Origin: Trichoplax sp. H2
Taxonomy: Eukaryota
NCBI GenBank assembly: GCA_003344405.1
Contig: NOWV01000030.1
Location: forward strand, 372,001 to 436,000
Length of the DNA: 64,000 nucleotides
Direction of reading: 5' to 3'
Shown: one piece after another, positions 36,904 to 51,690 of the stretch
Layout: each line of letters begins with the position of its first letter
How positions within the stretch are numbered: position 1 is the first letter of the stretch
Position numbers and translations under genes: made by a program
The notes under the pieces: model-generated
What the model was told of the DNA's origin: nothing
Seen by the model: only the letters and a program-made list of their open reading frames with translations
Databases searched by the model: none

Positions 36904-39900
36904 GACTAATTACTATAATTTAAATATTTTAATTGAGATATATAATTGGGAAATTCTAATGTATTTGACAAAGTCTATTACTTGACTATCAATTAGTTTA
37001 CAGCATTATGCTATAAGCTTAATTACTAATAATTATCGTTGCATAGCGCACAGCTACATGACTGCTATAAATACCTTTTATTAAAAATGTTATTTTTGTC
37101 AAATAGTAAGATACTAGATGACTATTAACATTCCATATACGTTTTAGCTACTGATCTATTATTGGGATAATGATATAAAGCCAAATAAAAAAGTTTGGAT
37201 ATGCAACTATTCTCGATTAGAAGTAATTCCGATACATTACCCCAAAGTCTTTGCTTTTCTTAAGTAGAAAACGAACTGTTACCGTCTCCTCGAATTTTAT
37301 CATATTTATATGTTGACGTTTAAATTGGTTTTATTTTTGATAGGATAAAAAATTACCATGAAAGGACTTATCGTATACTGAATTGTCAACATATATTTAT
37401 GTATATAGATAATATATTTGATATTTACTTGAATAAAGTAATAGTGATACTTGTGTTTAAACTTGAATAAACCGATACCCATACTTGTGTTTGAAAGCTT
37501 TAAAATTGACTGCAGAATTGATTATTTTTGCTGTAACCACTACTAAGGATATATAGATGTCACGGTACGAACTACCGTGAAGAAATAGCTATCTAAATTT
37601 GGTGAATATAATATAGTGATAATATATTACAACTAGTTACTTACAATAGAAATACTCTAATTATAAATGTATTACAGTAAATTTAATACTGTGCTGTAAT
37701 GTGCACTGAAATGATTCTGTGAATGGACATGTTATAGTCCGACTGTGAAAAATTAGTTAGTAAATGTTCTCACCTAAGTATTTTTATAAGATGACTCATG
37801 AATGTTAGCTGTTGTAGAAGGGTATATAAGCCCGTCAGATAGTTGAATAAAATAGTTCTCAATTGTCTAGTCGAGTTTAACGTAGAATCAAAGACGTCTA
37901 AATTCTTGTGAGTAGGGATACTGAATCCTCAGATTTTTAGAGATTTAGAGATTTATTTTACGTTATCCTTGTCACGAAGCTGGTTTGTGACAATAGAGGA
38001 TCATAGAGCATGATTGGTTATCGTAGCGTTACTTAATAATAACTCAGATTTGCATCATGATTTATACTACTGTACCATAATACTATAAATGTTAATTGCA
38101 GTATTCTAAATTTTGATTAGTAATTGATAAGTAGTTGAACAAATAAGAATGATGGGTCCAATATTTTAGAAACTGTATCGGTAAAGATGGCCGTCTACTG
38201 AACGAGTCGTATTTACAAATTTTGATCATCATTTGTAAGGCCTATCATTTTCATAATATATTCATAAACTTGATCGAATTGTGTATGCAGATATATTCTG
38301 AGATAGATTTAAGTAATTCATCGTAGACATTGATATTGATAGCGATATTTCTATTCGATCTGATTTATCGGGAACACAATATACTTTTATTTATCGGTAC
38401 TTGCTACGGCATTTCGTAAATAAAGCTTTGAGCTTATACTAAGCGCAACTTTGAGCTTTAGATAAATCTAGACACAAGGATAGCTCAGGTACTAAGCAAA
38501 TTGACATAACGTTACTAGTGAACTTTATCACGGGTAGTAATACGTATATGTCATAGTTTGAGAAATGTTTATACGGCTTTAAACTAAACATGATTCAAGA
38601 AAATTATAGTACAATCTTCTAACTAGATGCTTTATGGATTAATGTGACTCATTTAGCAATGGAAAGGTTTCTATTAAAGATTAATATATCATTGCGTCTA
38701 GTATAGTTCTTAAATAGTAAATTTTTAGGGTGATTTTCTAGACTTCAAGACTATTTTAAATCTAGCAAGCGCTTGTTAGTAATATTTTGATGGACTAATG
38801 AAAGCTTGAGATTATATTTCCTTTATTTGAGAAGAGTATCATAAGTCACAGTATGATTGCCAGGTGAACCGTATGCCACTAACGCTTCGAAGAAGCCGGT
38901 AATAGGATATTAAAATGAGCTCTTCTCTCCTTGTTTATCGAAATATACTGTTATATCCAATATTGAAGTTATTTAAATGAATGTAATTGAAAAAAATAAT
39001 GATTATATGAGAAACTCATTATTGTACTATGTAATGATTAGGTTGCGTTGTCCAATTCAATATCGATATTGGAGGCTATTCCAGATTAATAATGCAAAGC
39101 TACAATCTAATACTTTTCCAGTGTACCTAAACCACATCATAAATCATAATCGTAATATCCAACTTGTGTTCGCTCCGCTAATGATCGAAGAGTAATTATT
39201 GGATTAGCTAGATGCTTTTTATACGATCTGTAAAGTAAATTTAATTACAGACGAAATATTGAATAAGAATGATAAATACAGATCAGATAAAGCAGTTTAT
39301 TCAATTTTTTATCCGTATAGCAAGGTATTCCACAAGCGGATATTATAGTATCGATATAAAAGCAGATATGAATAAGTAGCTCAAGTCGATATCTATTATG
39401 TGATCATCTTCGCGGAAATGTTAAACTGAAGCCATTGTGATTGAACTATGGATGATACATCGATACTTTTGATTAATTAAGAATTCTGTTCCATCATTAA
39501 CATGGTATTTGCATAATTTAAATAATTGAGGTGTAGGTCTTATTCTAAAGGATATTATAGTAATCGAGACGAATACCCAACAATGATAAGCTTACATAGC
39601 TTACACTAATTTAAGATTACGATATTGAGTTAATAATTTAATGTATGGATAGGTTTTTTTGGACAGTATAGAGCCAACTGTAGATGAACGTGGATATACC
39701 TAAAGATATTTTTTATTAGTTTCGATATCGGCAACGTGCATAGTAAATCTACTTTGGAGCATACAAATCTCAAATAAAATTAAAAATCATAGCAAGTAAT
39801 TACAAATATAGCGGCAAACAGATTTTAAAGTTTCATTTTGGAAATGAAGGTTATTTTAACCGTAAACGATGATCAAATTAGTATTTCAACCACGATCAGC

Positions 39901-39958
39901 GTATATAGCAATTAAAAGGCACTATACATGCTATAGCTTTTACTTTGTCAAAGAAAGT

Positions 39959-42900
39959 TTAATTGATTCTCGTACGATTTGTAGCGGCATAAAGAATTTT
40001 AGATCTTTCTGGACTACTACATCTTGATTGTCTCTTATCTCGAGTTTCTTTACGATAAAATAAGAACGGGTTAAATACGCTACCTAGACAACTAATAAAA
40101 ATTAGCAAGTAATATAGAATAGTTACGCGAATGTCAACACCGAAAACTCGCACACTTTGAACAATTGCCCAAGGTACATTTAAGCCAAAATCCATTACAG
40201 CAACACGCAAAGTAACTTTGCCTAATTGAGTATCTGCTCGATGAAATTTATTATCTTCAAGACTGTGCCCAAAGGTAATCCTTTTTGTTGGTTTTTTTCT
40301 TATAAAGAATAACATTTTTACGGAATAGACGAGAGTGATACTCATTGGTATTCCAATTCCAAAAATTGAAGCATATAACAGGAAAGTAATTAATTGTACG
40401 GGATGATCTGATGAAACAGATAAAACGCATAGTCCTGATGTCTGAGAATAAACTACGGTGCCCCAATTAGCACTAATAGGTAGAATAACGGTTAAAATAG
40501 GATAAATCCACAAGATGACAAGAATAATAATGGAAATAGTTTGGAAACGATCTCCCAAATGTTCTTTGTCGTAACGGCGATTATGGACAGCGCAGTAACA
40601 CAAAACGGCTATGGTAACTAGTTTGACCAAGTCGGTATAGGTTGCAAGGCAATATAAAACTTTACAAAAGTAGGAAGTCGAGTTATACGGCGATGTTGGC
40701 TTATTTAGAAAGATACTCATCATGACGGGTAATATGAATAAGAAGCTAGAGAATAGTGATTATTAAAATTTATGATCTATTAATAAATCAGTTGATAAAT
40801 CTGTTATCAAAATAAGACAAATCATATATCGTTTCAGCTTCTATGTTGTACCGAGAATAATTTAAGGGCTTCTAACTACGCATAGATAAAATTAAGATAT
40901 AAATGTTTGGTCAAGTTTACTGAGCTAATAACTTTACGAATTAATTATTACGTACTTTTCTTAATAGAATAATCATCAGGTACATTGTTTATAAAATGGC
41001 TGGTTAGCTTTATAAAAATAGTAATACAGTTACTTTTATAAAATAGTCAAGTTGATGGTTATGTCATAAATGCAAACAAAGCGACCTCGTTTACTTTGTA
41101 AAATAACCATCAGCCATGCCATTCATAAAATGCCTGTGTGGCTTGATAAATATTGTAATATAGTCACATTGAAAAATGATCAAATTGATGGTTATCTTAT
41201 AAAAATAACCAAGGCGACCTGGTTTACTTTGTAAAATAATCATCGGTAAAGTTATTTATAAAATAATTGTTTAGCGCTATAAAATTATAAAATTCTAGTT
41301 ATTTCATGAAAATAAGCAAGTTATTGAAAATAATTAATTAAAGCGACCTTGTTTACTTTATAAAATAATCAGCTAAGTTATTTATAGAATGACTAGTTAG
41401 CTTTATAAAATTTATAATTCTATAACTATATAAATGAGAATGTTACTTAATAAAATTATTAGTTCAGTAAGCTTGATCTAACATAAATATGAGTATCCAT
41501 GTATGTAGGCTGTTATGATTTAAAAAGTTTCCCTGGAACATAATTTTGAATATCTAAATTGCTGTTATCTATATATTGGATAGTTATTTTATTAGAAATC
41601 ATCAATGGTTTGTCTTTTCACTGCCTATTAAAGAAACTGATGTTATTTCTTGTAAGTAAAATTAATCTGTAATTATAATTATTAATTTTGCTATAAAAGT
41701 GGGCATAAAGTACGGTATCAAATATAAAGTTCAAAATCTTTGAATAATTTAATGAATTTAAAAATGATGAATTAAAATTTTAAATAGTGTTCATAAACTA
41801 TGGGTTACTAGGCATGAATTTCGACCGAAAATCGAGTAAATAGGGAGGAAATATATAAAAGGAAATTACTTTTACCGGCATTTTGCTTTTAACTGGTGTG
41901 TTTTGTTATAATTTTAGACGGGAATATGCGGATTATACTATCGCTTTGTTAATGCACTCCCAGCAACGATAGGCATACGGTACATTAGTATCGGATATGA
42001 TTGTGAACTTTTTGGGAGAGAGTTCATTTTTTCATTACAATCGCTGAAATCCTCTAATTAGAGGCAATACGATAACATATAATTTACGCTCAATCGGTTG
42101 TATTCAACAAATTATAAGATGATAGGTTACAGTGCTTTACTAATTTCAATCTATTATTGAAGTCCAATGGTGAGGAGCATATACTGAGAAATTTACTTAT
42201 GAATTATTTCTCCTTAAGAATAATAGATACTGCAGTTTGTAAACAAATAGTACTGTACCGTATTTTCCTTATTGCAATTTGGAAGTAATGACTATTTCCA
42301 CCTCTATAATTGGCATGTATCTCGCATATACTCTAATAGCCATAAATTCGATAAAAAGCGTCTGGATGTATTTTCGTTCATTTAAAACTGATTCAAGTAT
42401 TTCCGTATATTTTTGTCAGTTATGTCCGGATAGGCTGTAAAATTTGTATACTGTATATTGCAATATTTTATAGGCAGCTTTTAAGTTTACACTTTTTGGC
42501 GATAATGCATTACCAAATAAGATCCAATTTTATATCGTAACTCATTTGCTTTCAATAAAACTTTGTAGACTACATTAATTTACAAGATGAATTAAAGTTT
42601 TAGTTGTTCAACATATTGAAAGATATATTGCAATTTTTGGACTTGGGCTTTTAATGGAAATACCATATGTAAGATACAATATTACGTTGAAAGCTAATAA
42701 ATATCGAATGTAATAGGAAAAATGTTGATCTGCAGTATTGTTTGTAGTCTAAAGTTGGCTTTGAATAATTTTTATACCGAACGAATAATATTGAAAAAAA
42801 AGGGAGAAATGAATTTGAAAATAATAAGACAAATAATCCCCTACTGTTCTATAGTCTATCGTTGGCTTTGAATAATTTTTTGTACCGAACTAACGATATT

Positions 42901-45637
42901 GAGAAGGGATATATAAAATTGAAAGTAATAGGACAAGCAATCATCCACTATTCCATAGGCTATCGTTGGCTTCGAATAATTTTGTACTGAACTAACAATA
43001 TTGAGAAAGAGGTAAATGAATTCTTAAGTAATAGGACAAATACTCATCTATTGTTCTACACTTTAGCATTGGCATTGAATCATTTTTGTACCGAACTGAT
43101 AGTATTGAGAAAGATGACATATTTGGATTACATTGACGAAAACTAAATTATAAGATACCTTTTCTGTACATTTCCTTTAGTACACAAAGATTTTTAAGTT
43201 AATAGAAGAAGTTGAAAGTACTATTTGTTGAATTCAGTGCGATAGATCGCGTTGCTACTTGATAGCTTGAAGTAATTTAATACAATGGGAAGAATATCAT
43301 ATAGTTATAATACAGCTGGCTTTTGCTATGGAAAATTAAGCGTTTGATAGCTTTTCGGCTGAAGAATAACAGTTTTGAAGGTAACTAAGCAGTAAGCTGC
43401 AATCAGCCCAAATTCCTGAAATTAGTAGATCACGATACTGCTTGAAAGCTTAGAGTAATTCAAAATATTGCCAGAAAACATTATATACCAGTAATTGTTG
43501 TACTACTGGCTGCTGTCATGGGAAATTAAGCGTTTGATAATTTTCAGCTAGAAGGTAACATCAGATATCAATAGCCTAATTTACTGAATTCGGTTGGTTA
43601 CTGGACTGTATGGCAACGTATGAGTAATTTATCAATTATACAATTGGCTAAACAGAAGGCTGTTCGACGATCGTTTCTACCCTATCCCCTTCATTTTGAA
43701 AAGGTATCTAGCTAGTATTTCCCAATTAGATAGAATTAATTTTGGTGCTGGTATTAATTAAAGACTGAGTTTTACTTTATGTTACTGCTAGTAATTGATC
43801 ACACAAAGCTAGCTATACATGTACGTGCGATTTAGATAAGGGTCGTCATATTAATCAAGGATTCCGTAGGTACTGGAAGCATTATAGTTGTCGATAAACT
43901 AAGAAGGGATAGTTTCAATTTATATTTGATAAACCTCAGCTCCATTACAGAGTAGTGTTTGTCTTCATTATTTTCTGGTCTATTATAGTATACCGGTAAT
44001 TTATTATTTAATAATTACTAGTAGGAAAACAGTTTAAAAGATAGTAAATATGAATTTCTCGCATGTATAGCAAATTTTGATTTATAAATCTAGCTACTTC
44101 CGAAAAATTTAGATGTGATAGGATAAATTTATGGAATGAATCATAAACAGGAAAATAATTTACTCTTGAGCAATCGAATTATGCGGGCTAGCTTATTAGT
44201 CTTAGGTATCGTCGCTGGTTAGTATACGCTAGTAAGATCATGGAATCCTCTGGCTGATCACAATTTCGAGCAGTTTTACTATGGACCAGCTGAATCACTT
44301 ACCGATTGATTTATTAATTTAAATTAGGAATAAATTAGGAAGAGGCTTTTATGCTTCCTTAAAATCTTGTTAAATCGGTTTACTCAGTTAATCATAAATT
44401 AATTTACTGACAATACTTTTCTTTTAAGTTAATAAATGCTATCAGACTGTATTATAGCTTTTTATTTGCAGATAAACTTGCGCCATAGCTTTCTGTCTCA
44501 GTAAACTTAATTGGTACTTGAACTGTACGCTATAGTGATTCCATTAAAAATATCTATCAACATATTTGTAGTAGACGCTAAACATGGCGGATAATGTTCG
44601 AATCGATTTTCTTTCCTATTTTTTGGCCTTAAAATAGTAAATCAAGTATTCAAGTAAATTGTTGAACTGCTATCAATTATAGATTAAAGTGTGAAGTAAA
44701 TTCATGGTCATTCATGTTGAATGAAATGTTCTAGGTGATTGATTATCCATAAGAGTTATTTTTTCCATTTAAAAAACTATGAACATAGCTATTCAATTGA
44801 TATTATGCCAAATCACTAGTTTCTAGGCGGTCAGTCATATACCGGATTTGCTACTATTGCCATTAGAGGCAATTGTGAATAGCATTTGAATGAAAGAGCT
44901 TGGTTAACGCCAACAAAAACTTCGCGTACAAACGTTACCTATGTACTAAATTAGACAGCCTAGTGTTTTATAATTTGATTCACGAATATGGGTGGATAGT
45001 CACGCTAAGTATTATTACCCCCAGACAAAACTTTTAATATTGTCAGAAATCTTATTAGTACAGCATGGTATACGAGCTAGTCAGAACTGTTAAATGGAGA
45101 ATGCGGATGGTGCGACTGACTTTGCTCAATTAATTTATAATTTACTAAATAAAAGCGTTGATGACTATACGAGTAAGCTAAAGAGTAGAAATATCAAACC
45201 GATCGGAATAACATCACCATACGTTAGATATTTTCAAGGGAAAAAACTATATTTTAGCAATATCACAGCATTGTAAGTACTGATCTAGTTTCAGTCATGA
45301 AATGTGGAATCGGTTTTTAAAATTGGAACAGGATAATCATGATAATGTGTCGGTGTGTACCATCGACTGATAGAATAGAATTTTTGTTACACTAGTCGAT
45401 ATTTAAGGTTACTAGATATATACTGACAGATAGTAATATCATTAAAATTTACCTGAATAATAAGTGTAACATATCAAAAGCGGCTAAATTGAAAACCAAA
45501 ACGTCGGTTAAACGTGATCTTGCTCTAATTCTCTTGAATATGAAACCGATCAAGAAAATATTTCCTACTAGGCCAGCTAATAAGCTGCAACCCATTACGG
45601 TGATGATGGGTATAGCTGCGGCAACTGTAAGATTCAT
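39959..45637 (-). CDS. Atypical rhodopsin-family (class A) GPCR, 2 exons with a 4.7-kb intron, ~323 aa
   Basis: Exon 1 45637-45453 (TM1 GLVGN, TM2 FNLAAFD, donor AG|gtaaat) joins exon 2 40745-39959 (acceptor tctctag) in frame. Together they give 7 TMs, Cys3.25, an ECL2 Cys, W4.50 and NPFLFY. An extra upstream exon cannot be excluded. Confidence 0.8.
41040..41420. repeat. Intronic tandem repeat, ~130-bp unit x3
   Basis: gcgacct.gtttacttt.taaaataa.ca occurs at ~41080, ~41214 and ~41343. Confidence 0.8.
42754..43112. repeat. Intronic tandem repeat, ~105-bp unit x3.5
   Basis: ttggc.t.gaat.atttt..tac.gaac.....tattga.aa occurs at ~42755, ~42862, ~42966 and ~43069. Confidence 0.85.
43270..43560. 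repeat. Intronic direct duplication, ~190-bp spacing
   Basis: ctggct..tg..atgg.aaattaagcgtttgata occurs at ~43316 and ~43506. Confidence 0.7.
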
Positions 45638-48600
45638 CTTAATTGATGACGATATCTTTAGGTTATCAGTCGATATTAGAGAGATTTTCTACAGTGGATG
45701 CTGTATCTTATCTAATTCCACTTGAAGCAAATGAAGATTTTCCGATGTGTATTGGAAGATAAAATTACCAACAAAATTGTTTATTCAAAAATTGAAGTGA
45801 TCCTATAAATACGTTTTCTTTTAAAGGAACTAACGGTAATTATATCAAGATTGAATACATATTATGCCATAGCTGCGCCTTTATATGATTTAATAATAAT
45901 TCCTTTTATTTATGATCCGAAAGAATAGATTGAATAATTAATTGAACCAATAACAAAAGTAATGATGAAATAATTATATTATCATTACTATTGTTGGAAT
46001 ATTGAAAGTCAAGATAGATATTAAAAGAAAAAAATATGTTATCCCTATCGCTACATCTATCGAAAATGTCGTAGTAGTCTTTTGAATTTTCTGAAGTAAT
46101 TTTAAAACAGTATAAAATGAATGAATGATATTTGTCTAAGCTGTCTATATGGCATCGGGTATTGTTTTCTGTTGTTAGATATAGATTTTCTATAGATTTT
46201 TTAGATTTTTTGGATGTTAGTTGAGTTAAAATGCTCTTGTGATTTGCGATGAAAATGAAATCTTTGGGAATTTTATACTGCAGTAATGCAAAATGGTATA
46301 TTGATTAATGGATCACATGGAATCCTAATGAAATCGTGAGCTATTGATTACAACTAGTGTTGTAGATTTCTAAAGCAATAAGGGTCGAATTTATTTCTTA
46401 ATATTGATTTATAGCATCCGGTAACAATTCTACTCTGGAATTTTACGTTTTATTTTAGAAATATATGATCATTTATTCAGTAACTTTAACAAGCTACTAC
46501 CGTTGTTTGACGCTTGATTTCAAGTACTTTGTAAATAAAGGAAAATAAAAGGACTTTTAGGATATAGCTAAGGCGGCAACTTTTTGTATTATACGACCAG
46601 AAGAATAAAGAATTGGCAAAAATGTGATCGTGGAACCTTACTCAACATTTCACATAGGGACAATTATAACTGAAACAAACATACAATAGCAATAGATTAC
46701 ACCTAGAGTTTTTAACAGCTAAACAAAGCCGCACATCGAGATTGCTTGAGCATAATAAGGGTAGAGGATTCGACAAGGTTCTCTCTAAAAATTGTTAAAC
46801 TATGATTATATAATAAAACAATCCGATTCTACCCAACTAATCAATTGTAATATGACCTTCATCAATGAAATAATTAATACTTTTAATTAACTCTCTTAAT
46901 TATTTGTTTTATAACTATGGATCCGTAAGAACTTGAATACTTTTGGATCGAATGATCGTATTCTGGCTATTTTACAATAACAGATGCGTTGAAGTATTAG
47001 ATAAATATGGAGTAAGGTAGCAATAACTACTAAATAAAAAATTACTTTTTAGTATGACTACAACATCTGAGTAAGTCCTGAATATAAATTGTAAAGGAAG
47101 AACTTATTTTTTATATGGCGCCTTTGTAACCTTTAGAAATTGTTATTATTTTTATTAACATCGTCATTGTTATTTTGTTATCGCTCTAAGGAGATAATTA
47201 TACCGACAAAGTGATCAGCAATCGTAGGATGTTATCAAAACGGTAAAAAATGAATAGTTAACAAGAATTGTTTGCTGCTGTTTCGTATTTTTTTTTATAG
47301 TTACAGACAATCTGTACAATCCATTGAGTAAATAAAATCATCTACTTCGATTGCCGAATTACAATTTTAGATAGGCAGATGATTTATAGGATATAGACGA
47401 TTTCGTGACATCTTAAGGTACATCCGATTCATATCAGTCTTGAAGGATCAAAACATGAAAACTATTACCGGATCGTTAAAATGATCAAAATAATTGAGGA
47501 TAAAATAGGTTACGGTATATTATGTTGCAATTACAGGCTCAGAGACATTTTAGGTAATAATAACCATAGATTTAAAAATCACTTTTCATTTACTAATCAT
47601 TATTAAAATAATTTGTTCCATTTTGAGCTTACTGTGGGTTCATCATCGTTAGAAACTATGTAAAAAGACACGATTCCTGAATTTGATTTATAAATCAGCG
47701 AGGTAGTAAATTTATTTCACTGTTTAAATTGAAATGATTTCGAATAAAAGTAGTCATTATAAATGTTAAATAAGAAACCAATACCAAGATTTAAGTTTTA
47801 TTGCACAGTTTGATTTGAAACCCAGAAAATCAAATTTTAAAACTAGAATATTATGAATTTTAAAATTACTGGAGATGATGTATAAACTTGAAAAAGCGAT
47901 AGTGCATTATTTCTTTTGAAGATTTGTTCTTGAGGTCAGATTTATGGCATCATTGGCCAATGCTGGGTGTTCACTTTTTTGCTGAAAATTAATCCATTAC
48001 AAATTCATGAATTAATCTGCCGGTAAGCCAAATTTTTAAGTATAGCTATTGAGATTAATAGGTTATCATACATTATATTATCGCTCTATGATTAATTATA
48101 AGAGGACGAAACTCTCACAAAATATTTGAGCGACGATTATAGTATGGAACAGTAGCTACTCAAATTTCATTACAGATTATTATTACATAAATTTTTAGAA
48201 AATGTTTTAATAGATCACTTATTAGGTATTTACTTTACCTTTTAATAATTATTCTGTAGTTTTTTATGGTAGTATTCATCAGCGATATGGGAACAAATTT
48301 CCTGGAATTCGTAGTGATTGCCTACGTGGCGTTTTGTTAAATGTTTGCAGCTTTACTTTTTTATTGGCCTCGATATATGTATAATTATCAAACAGTATTT
48401 TCGATGAAACTGCATTTGATGCCTCTTTTATCATTCGCAAATGACTTATCTTATATATCCGCTTTTTTAATCTCTTGATATAGGAAATGACGTATTCCAA
48501 AACATCGAAATTATGAATAAATTGTTAATGAATAAGTAGATAATAACTGAAAGGATAACTATTATTTTATTGCTCTATCCTCTTAAAATGTGAGATTGAA

Positions 48601-51214
48601 ACTGATCACCTTTGCTTATTTCATTATAGTGTTACAGTGAGAGTACTAACTTAAAACTATTATAAAATAGTAGATAGGGACCCTATATATCGCTACACGA
48701 CTAGTTCTTAGCTTATGCATAGTTTTAGTAGTATAGTCTGATAAGATATATCCGTACATGGTATACTCGGTTGTCTATTTCAATCAGTTGAAAACCAGGT
48801 CGGTAAATTGAAAGCTATTGATCAGAGTATTCCACTTTAGAAGCCATATTTTGCCATCTTTTCCTAGATTCAGTTCTATTGCTACAGTAACAACAAAATG
48901 GCTACATATGACTGTGATAAAAAAGTCAATTGTTTGGTAATGCAACTACACTTATTTAATAAGGCATTAACGGCGGTGGGGTGCGAGGAATTTTTTGGTC
49001 GGGATATTCCGCTAGCATAATGTAAAATCTCACTTTTTCCTGTAATATTTCCATTAATAGCAGTACTAATATAAAATTACAGTGCCAATTTCGAAATGAT
49101 CATAAGTGATAAGCGTCATAGGAAATACATTTTGGGGGAGTTCTGTCAAATCTTAGAGCCTATTATTGTATTAGTTGAGAGACAATCAATTATATCTATC
49201 TCCTATCATCTAAGTAATGTGTTAGAAATAAAATGGTCGAGTTAAGTTCAATTTCCTTACTTGAACCGTTCAATATCTGATTATGCTCTTAAATTATTTA
49301 TATGAGAGAGCAATTAAAATACTGCATGCTAACTTTTTAAAATGACTACGATATTGAAATCTTAAAATAGATCTAAAAAATAGATTGATGGCAGTAATTA
49401 GTTAAGCCTTACAGGAAAACATATTATCAAATTTCTATCTATACTCATAATGGTAGTAGTAGTAGGAGGAAAATTGATGGTGGTATGGTGCAATTATTAA
49501 ACGAATAAATCTTTAACTTGATGGTGATCTGTCTGCTAAAACTACGTTCAAGCATGTGAAACTCTAATTATACCGCTGTTGAGATAAAAGATGTTGGAAT
49601 TGTTTTAGTATAATAATTAATAGAATTGAAATTGCAAGGCAGTAAAAAGAAGAAAATAGTTTGAAAGCTTTATTGGAAATATAATGTTCACTGCATTTGC
49701 GTTCGATCGTTAATAAAGATGCTATTGGTTGCTTGATAAACTTATAAAATAAAAGTAATAGCCTAGTAGAATTAAAGGGATAGCGTCATTGCAACTAGCT
49801 TATTTTCTGCCGAAGCTGATTTGGTAAATTTAGAAATAGCAGTATAACCATTTATTAAGCAGTAGGCGGAGAGAATTATTTCGATGTAAATCTTATGGTG
49901 TGGTTGTGAGAGTTAGAAAGAATTTCATCGACTGAAGCGCTTCTAACACTAGATGAATGTCCGAAAAAACGAATGAAACTGCTTTAAAAATCAAAAACGC
50001 TTTCTCGATAGATCGATAAGATCGTTCGAAGTCGGTATATGACTAACTGAAAATCAATTCTAGGGCGTATAAATGCTAAGAAATAGTGATTGTCTAAATG
50101 AATGGGCTATTGTTCATTAACTTTATAATTAAATCCATGAATGGGTATAGAAAATATATGAAAAATTAAGACTAGACACTCTAGACATGAATATTGTTGC
50201 CGGTTTCTGTTTACTGCCCACTTTAAAAATAAATTCGCGATTTTATCAGAAATCTTTTGTCAGAATGAATATCTTCTCTACCTAAGTATACAAATTTAAC
50301 ATAATATCTATAATGATCAATAAATATCGATGATGGATAAAGTTTGAAATTGTCGCAGTGTATAATTTTAGGTTCTACTCTAAGGCTTCGCAAAGGTTGC
50401 TTTCATCTATTTATATAATTAAAAAATTAATATTGTAGTGCTGCCGTTTAATACTGTTCATATCATTTCGCAGTTCACTATGCTTATTTATCGTCATGTT
50501 ATTTCGAAATTTGGCTAAAAATTGCCACAATTGTTAATTTCTTTTGTGCATAATAAATTTTCTATGTGGGAATATTCGATAATACTTTCCTGTGGATGTG
50601 ATGGTTAATAAATAGCCATAAGGGTTGTCCGAAAACGGTACCAAGTAATTGTATTTTAGATCGGACACAATGTTGCACTTCTTTTATTGAATTTCTTCAT
50701 TCAGTATTATCGCTTTCATAGACATGCTACGTGATAATGCCTTCTGTTAAATTTAAGATTAGTGCTAGGACTGTAAAGATTAAATCTAAGCGTGTGTAAG
50801 TAGACTACAATTCATTCAAATGTAATATAGCCTAATTTTATATTGCAATCCGAGTAAATGATGCAATTTAGTACTAATAAGATAAACAACGATGCTTTTA
50901 ATGCACTTCAAACTTAATAAATTCTCCAGATATACAACTACTGTACTGTCTTCATTACCTTTGTAAATCAAATATATTTGGCTTTGAATACAGCTTTCCT
51001 GTTATTCTACTTAGTAGAATATGCTGAATGCCTTCATTATTATTATCTTTCATTTCAGATACAATGCAACTTTACATTGAATTCCTTAATAAATGACGAA
51101 CGCTACAAAAATGTAATAAATAATAATGCTTTCTGTACTGTTTAATTAACCTAAGTAAATCTGTTAAAATGACATGCATGACCATCACTAGTAAATTACA
51201 TTCCAATTTAAAGA

Positions 51215-51690
51215 TCTGCGGCATACTTGTTATTATATTTGGTAAGGCAAACTAAATACTTTTAAATATATATAGTGTATAAGGCTGCCTTCCTGTAGAT
51301 GTAAGATTATGATTATTGCTATATGAAATTGTTAGTCAATAATTTGTATTTTATTACAACAGAAAATTATAAGTTACATTACATCAAAAGTATTACAGCG
51401 TTCTTGTTATCCAATTTAGTAGCACATATTAAATATTTTCATAAAGTATAATTCATAGGGCTATCTTTCAATGGATGTAAAGATTACTATTAGGACTGTA
51501 TGAAATATTTGGTACATTAATTGTGTTACATTTCAACGGAAAAGAGTAAATTATGTTCCAGCTTAAATTATTACAGTATTCTTGTTATTATATTTAGTAG
51601 CACATACTAAATGCTTTCATACATGCATAATATATAAAGCTGTCTTTCTGTGGATGTAAAGATTACCATTGTAGCTATGCAAAACATTTA
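51215..51690. repeat. Tandem repeat, ~175-180-bp unit x~3
   Basis: cttgttat...attt.gta blocks at ~51226, ~51403 and ~51581, each followed by gct..ctt.c..t.gatgtaa.gatta at ~51284, ~51460 and ~51639. Confidence 0.8.

Noticed and set aside
40595..40603. Reading LCY as the DRY equivalent of the atypical GPCR
   Set aside because: Counting from Cys3.25 and gapless alignment to the neighbouring GPCR place 3.49-3.51 at CAV; either way Arg3.50 is absent.
42754..43112. CRISPR-like appearance of regularly spaced repeats
   Set aside because: The spacers are homologous to each other, the repeats are degenerate, no cas genes are present and the context is a eukaryotic intron.
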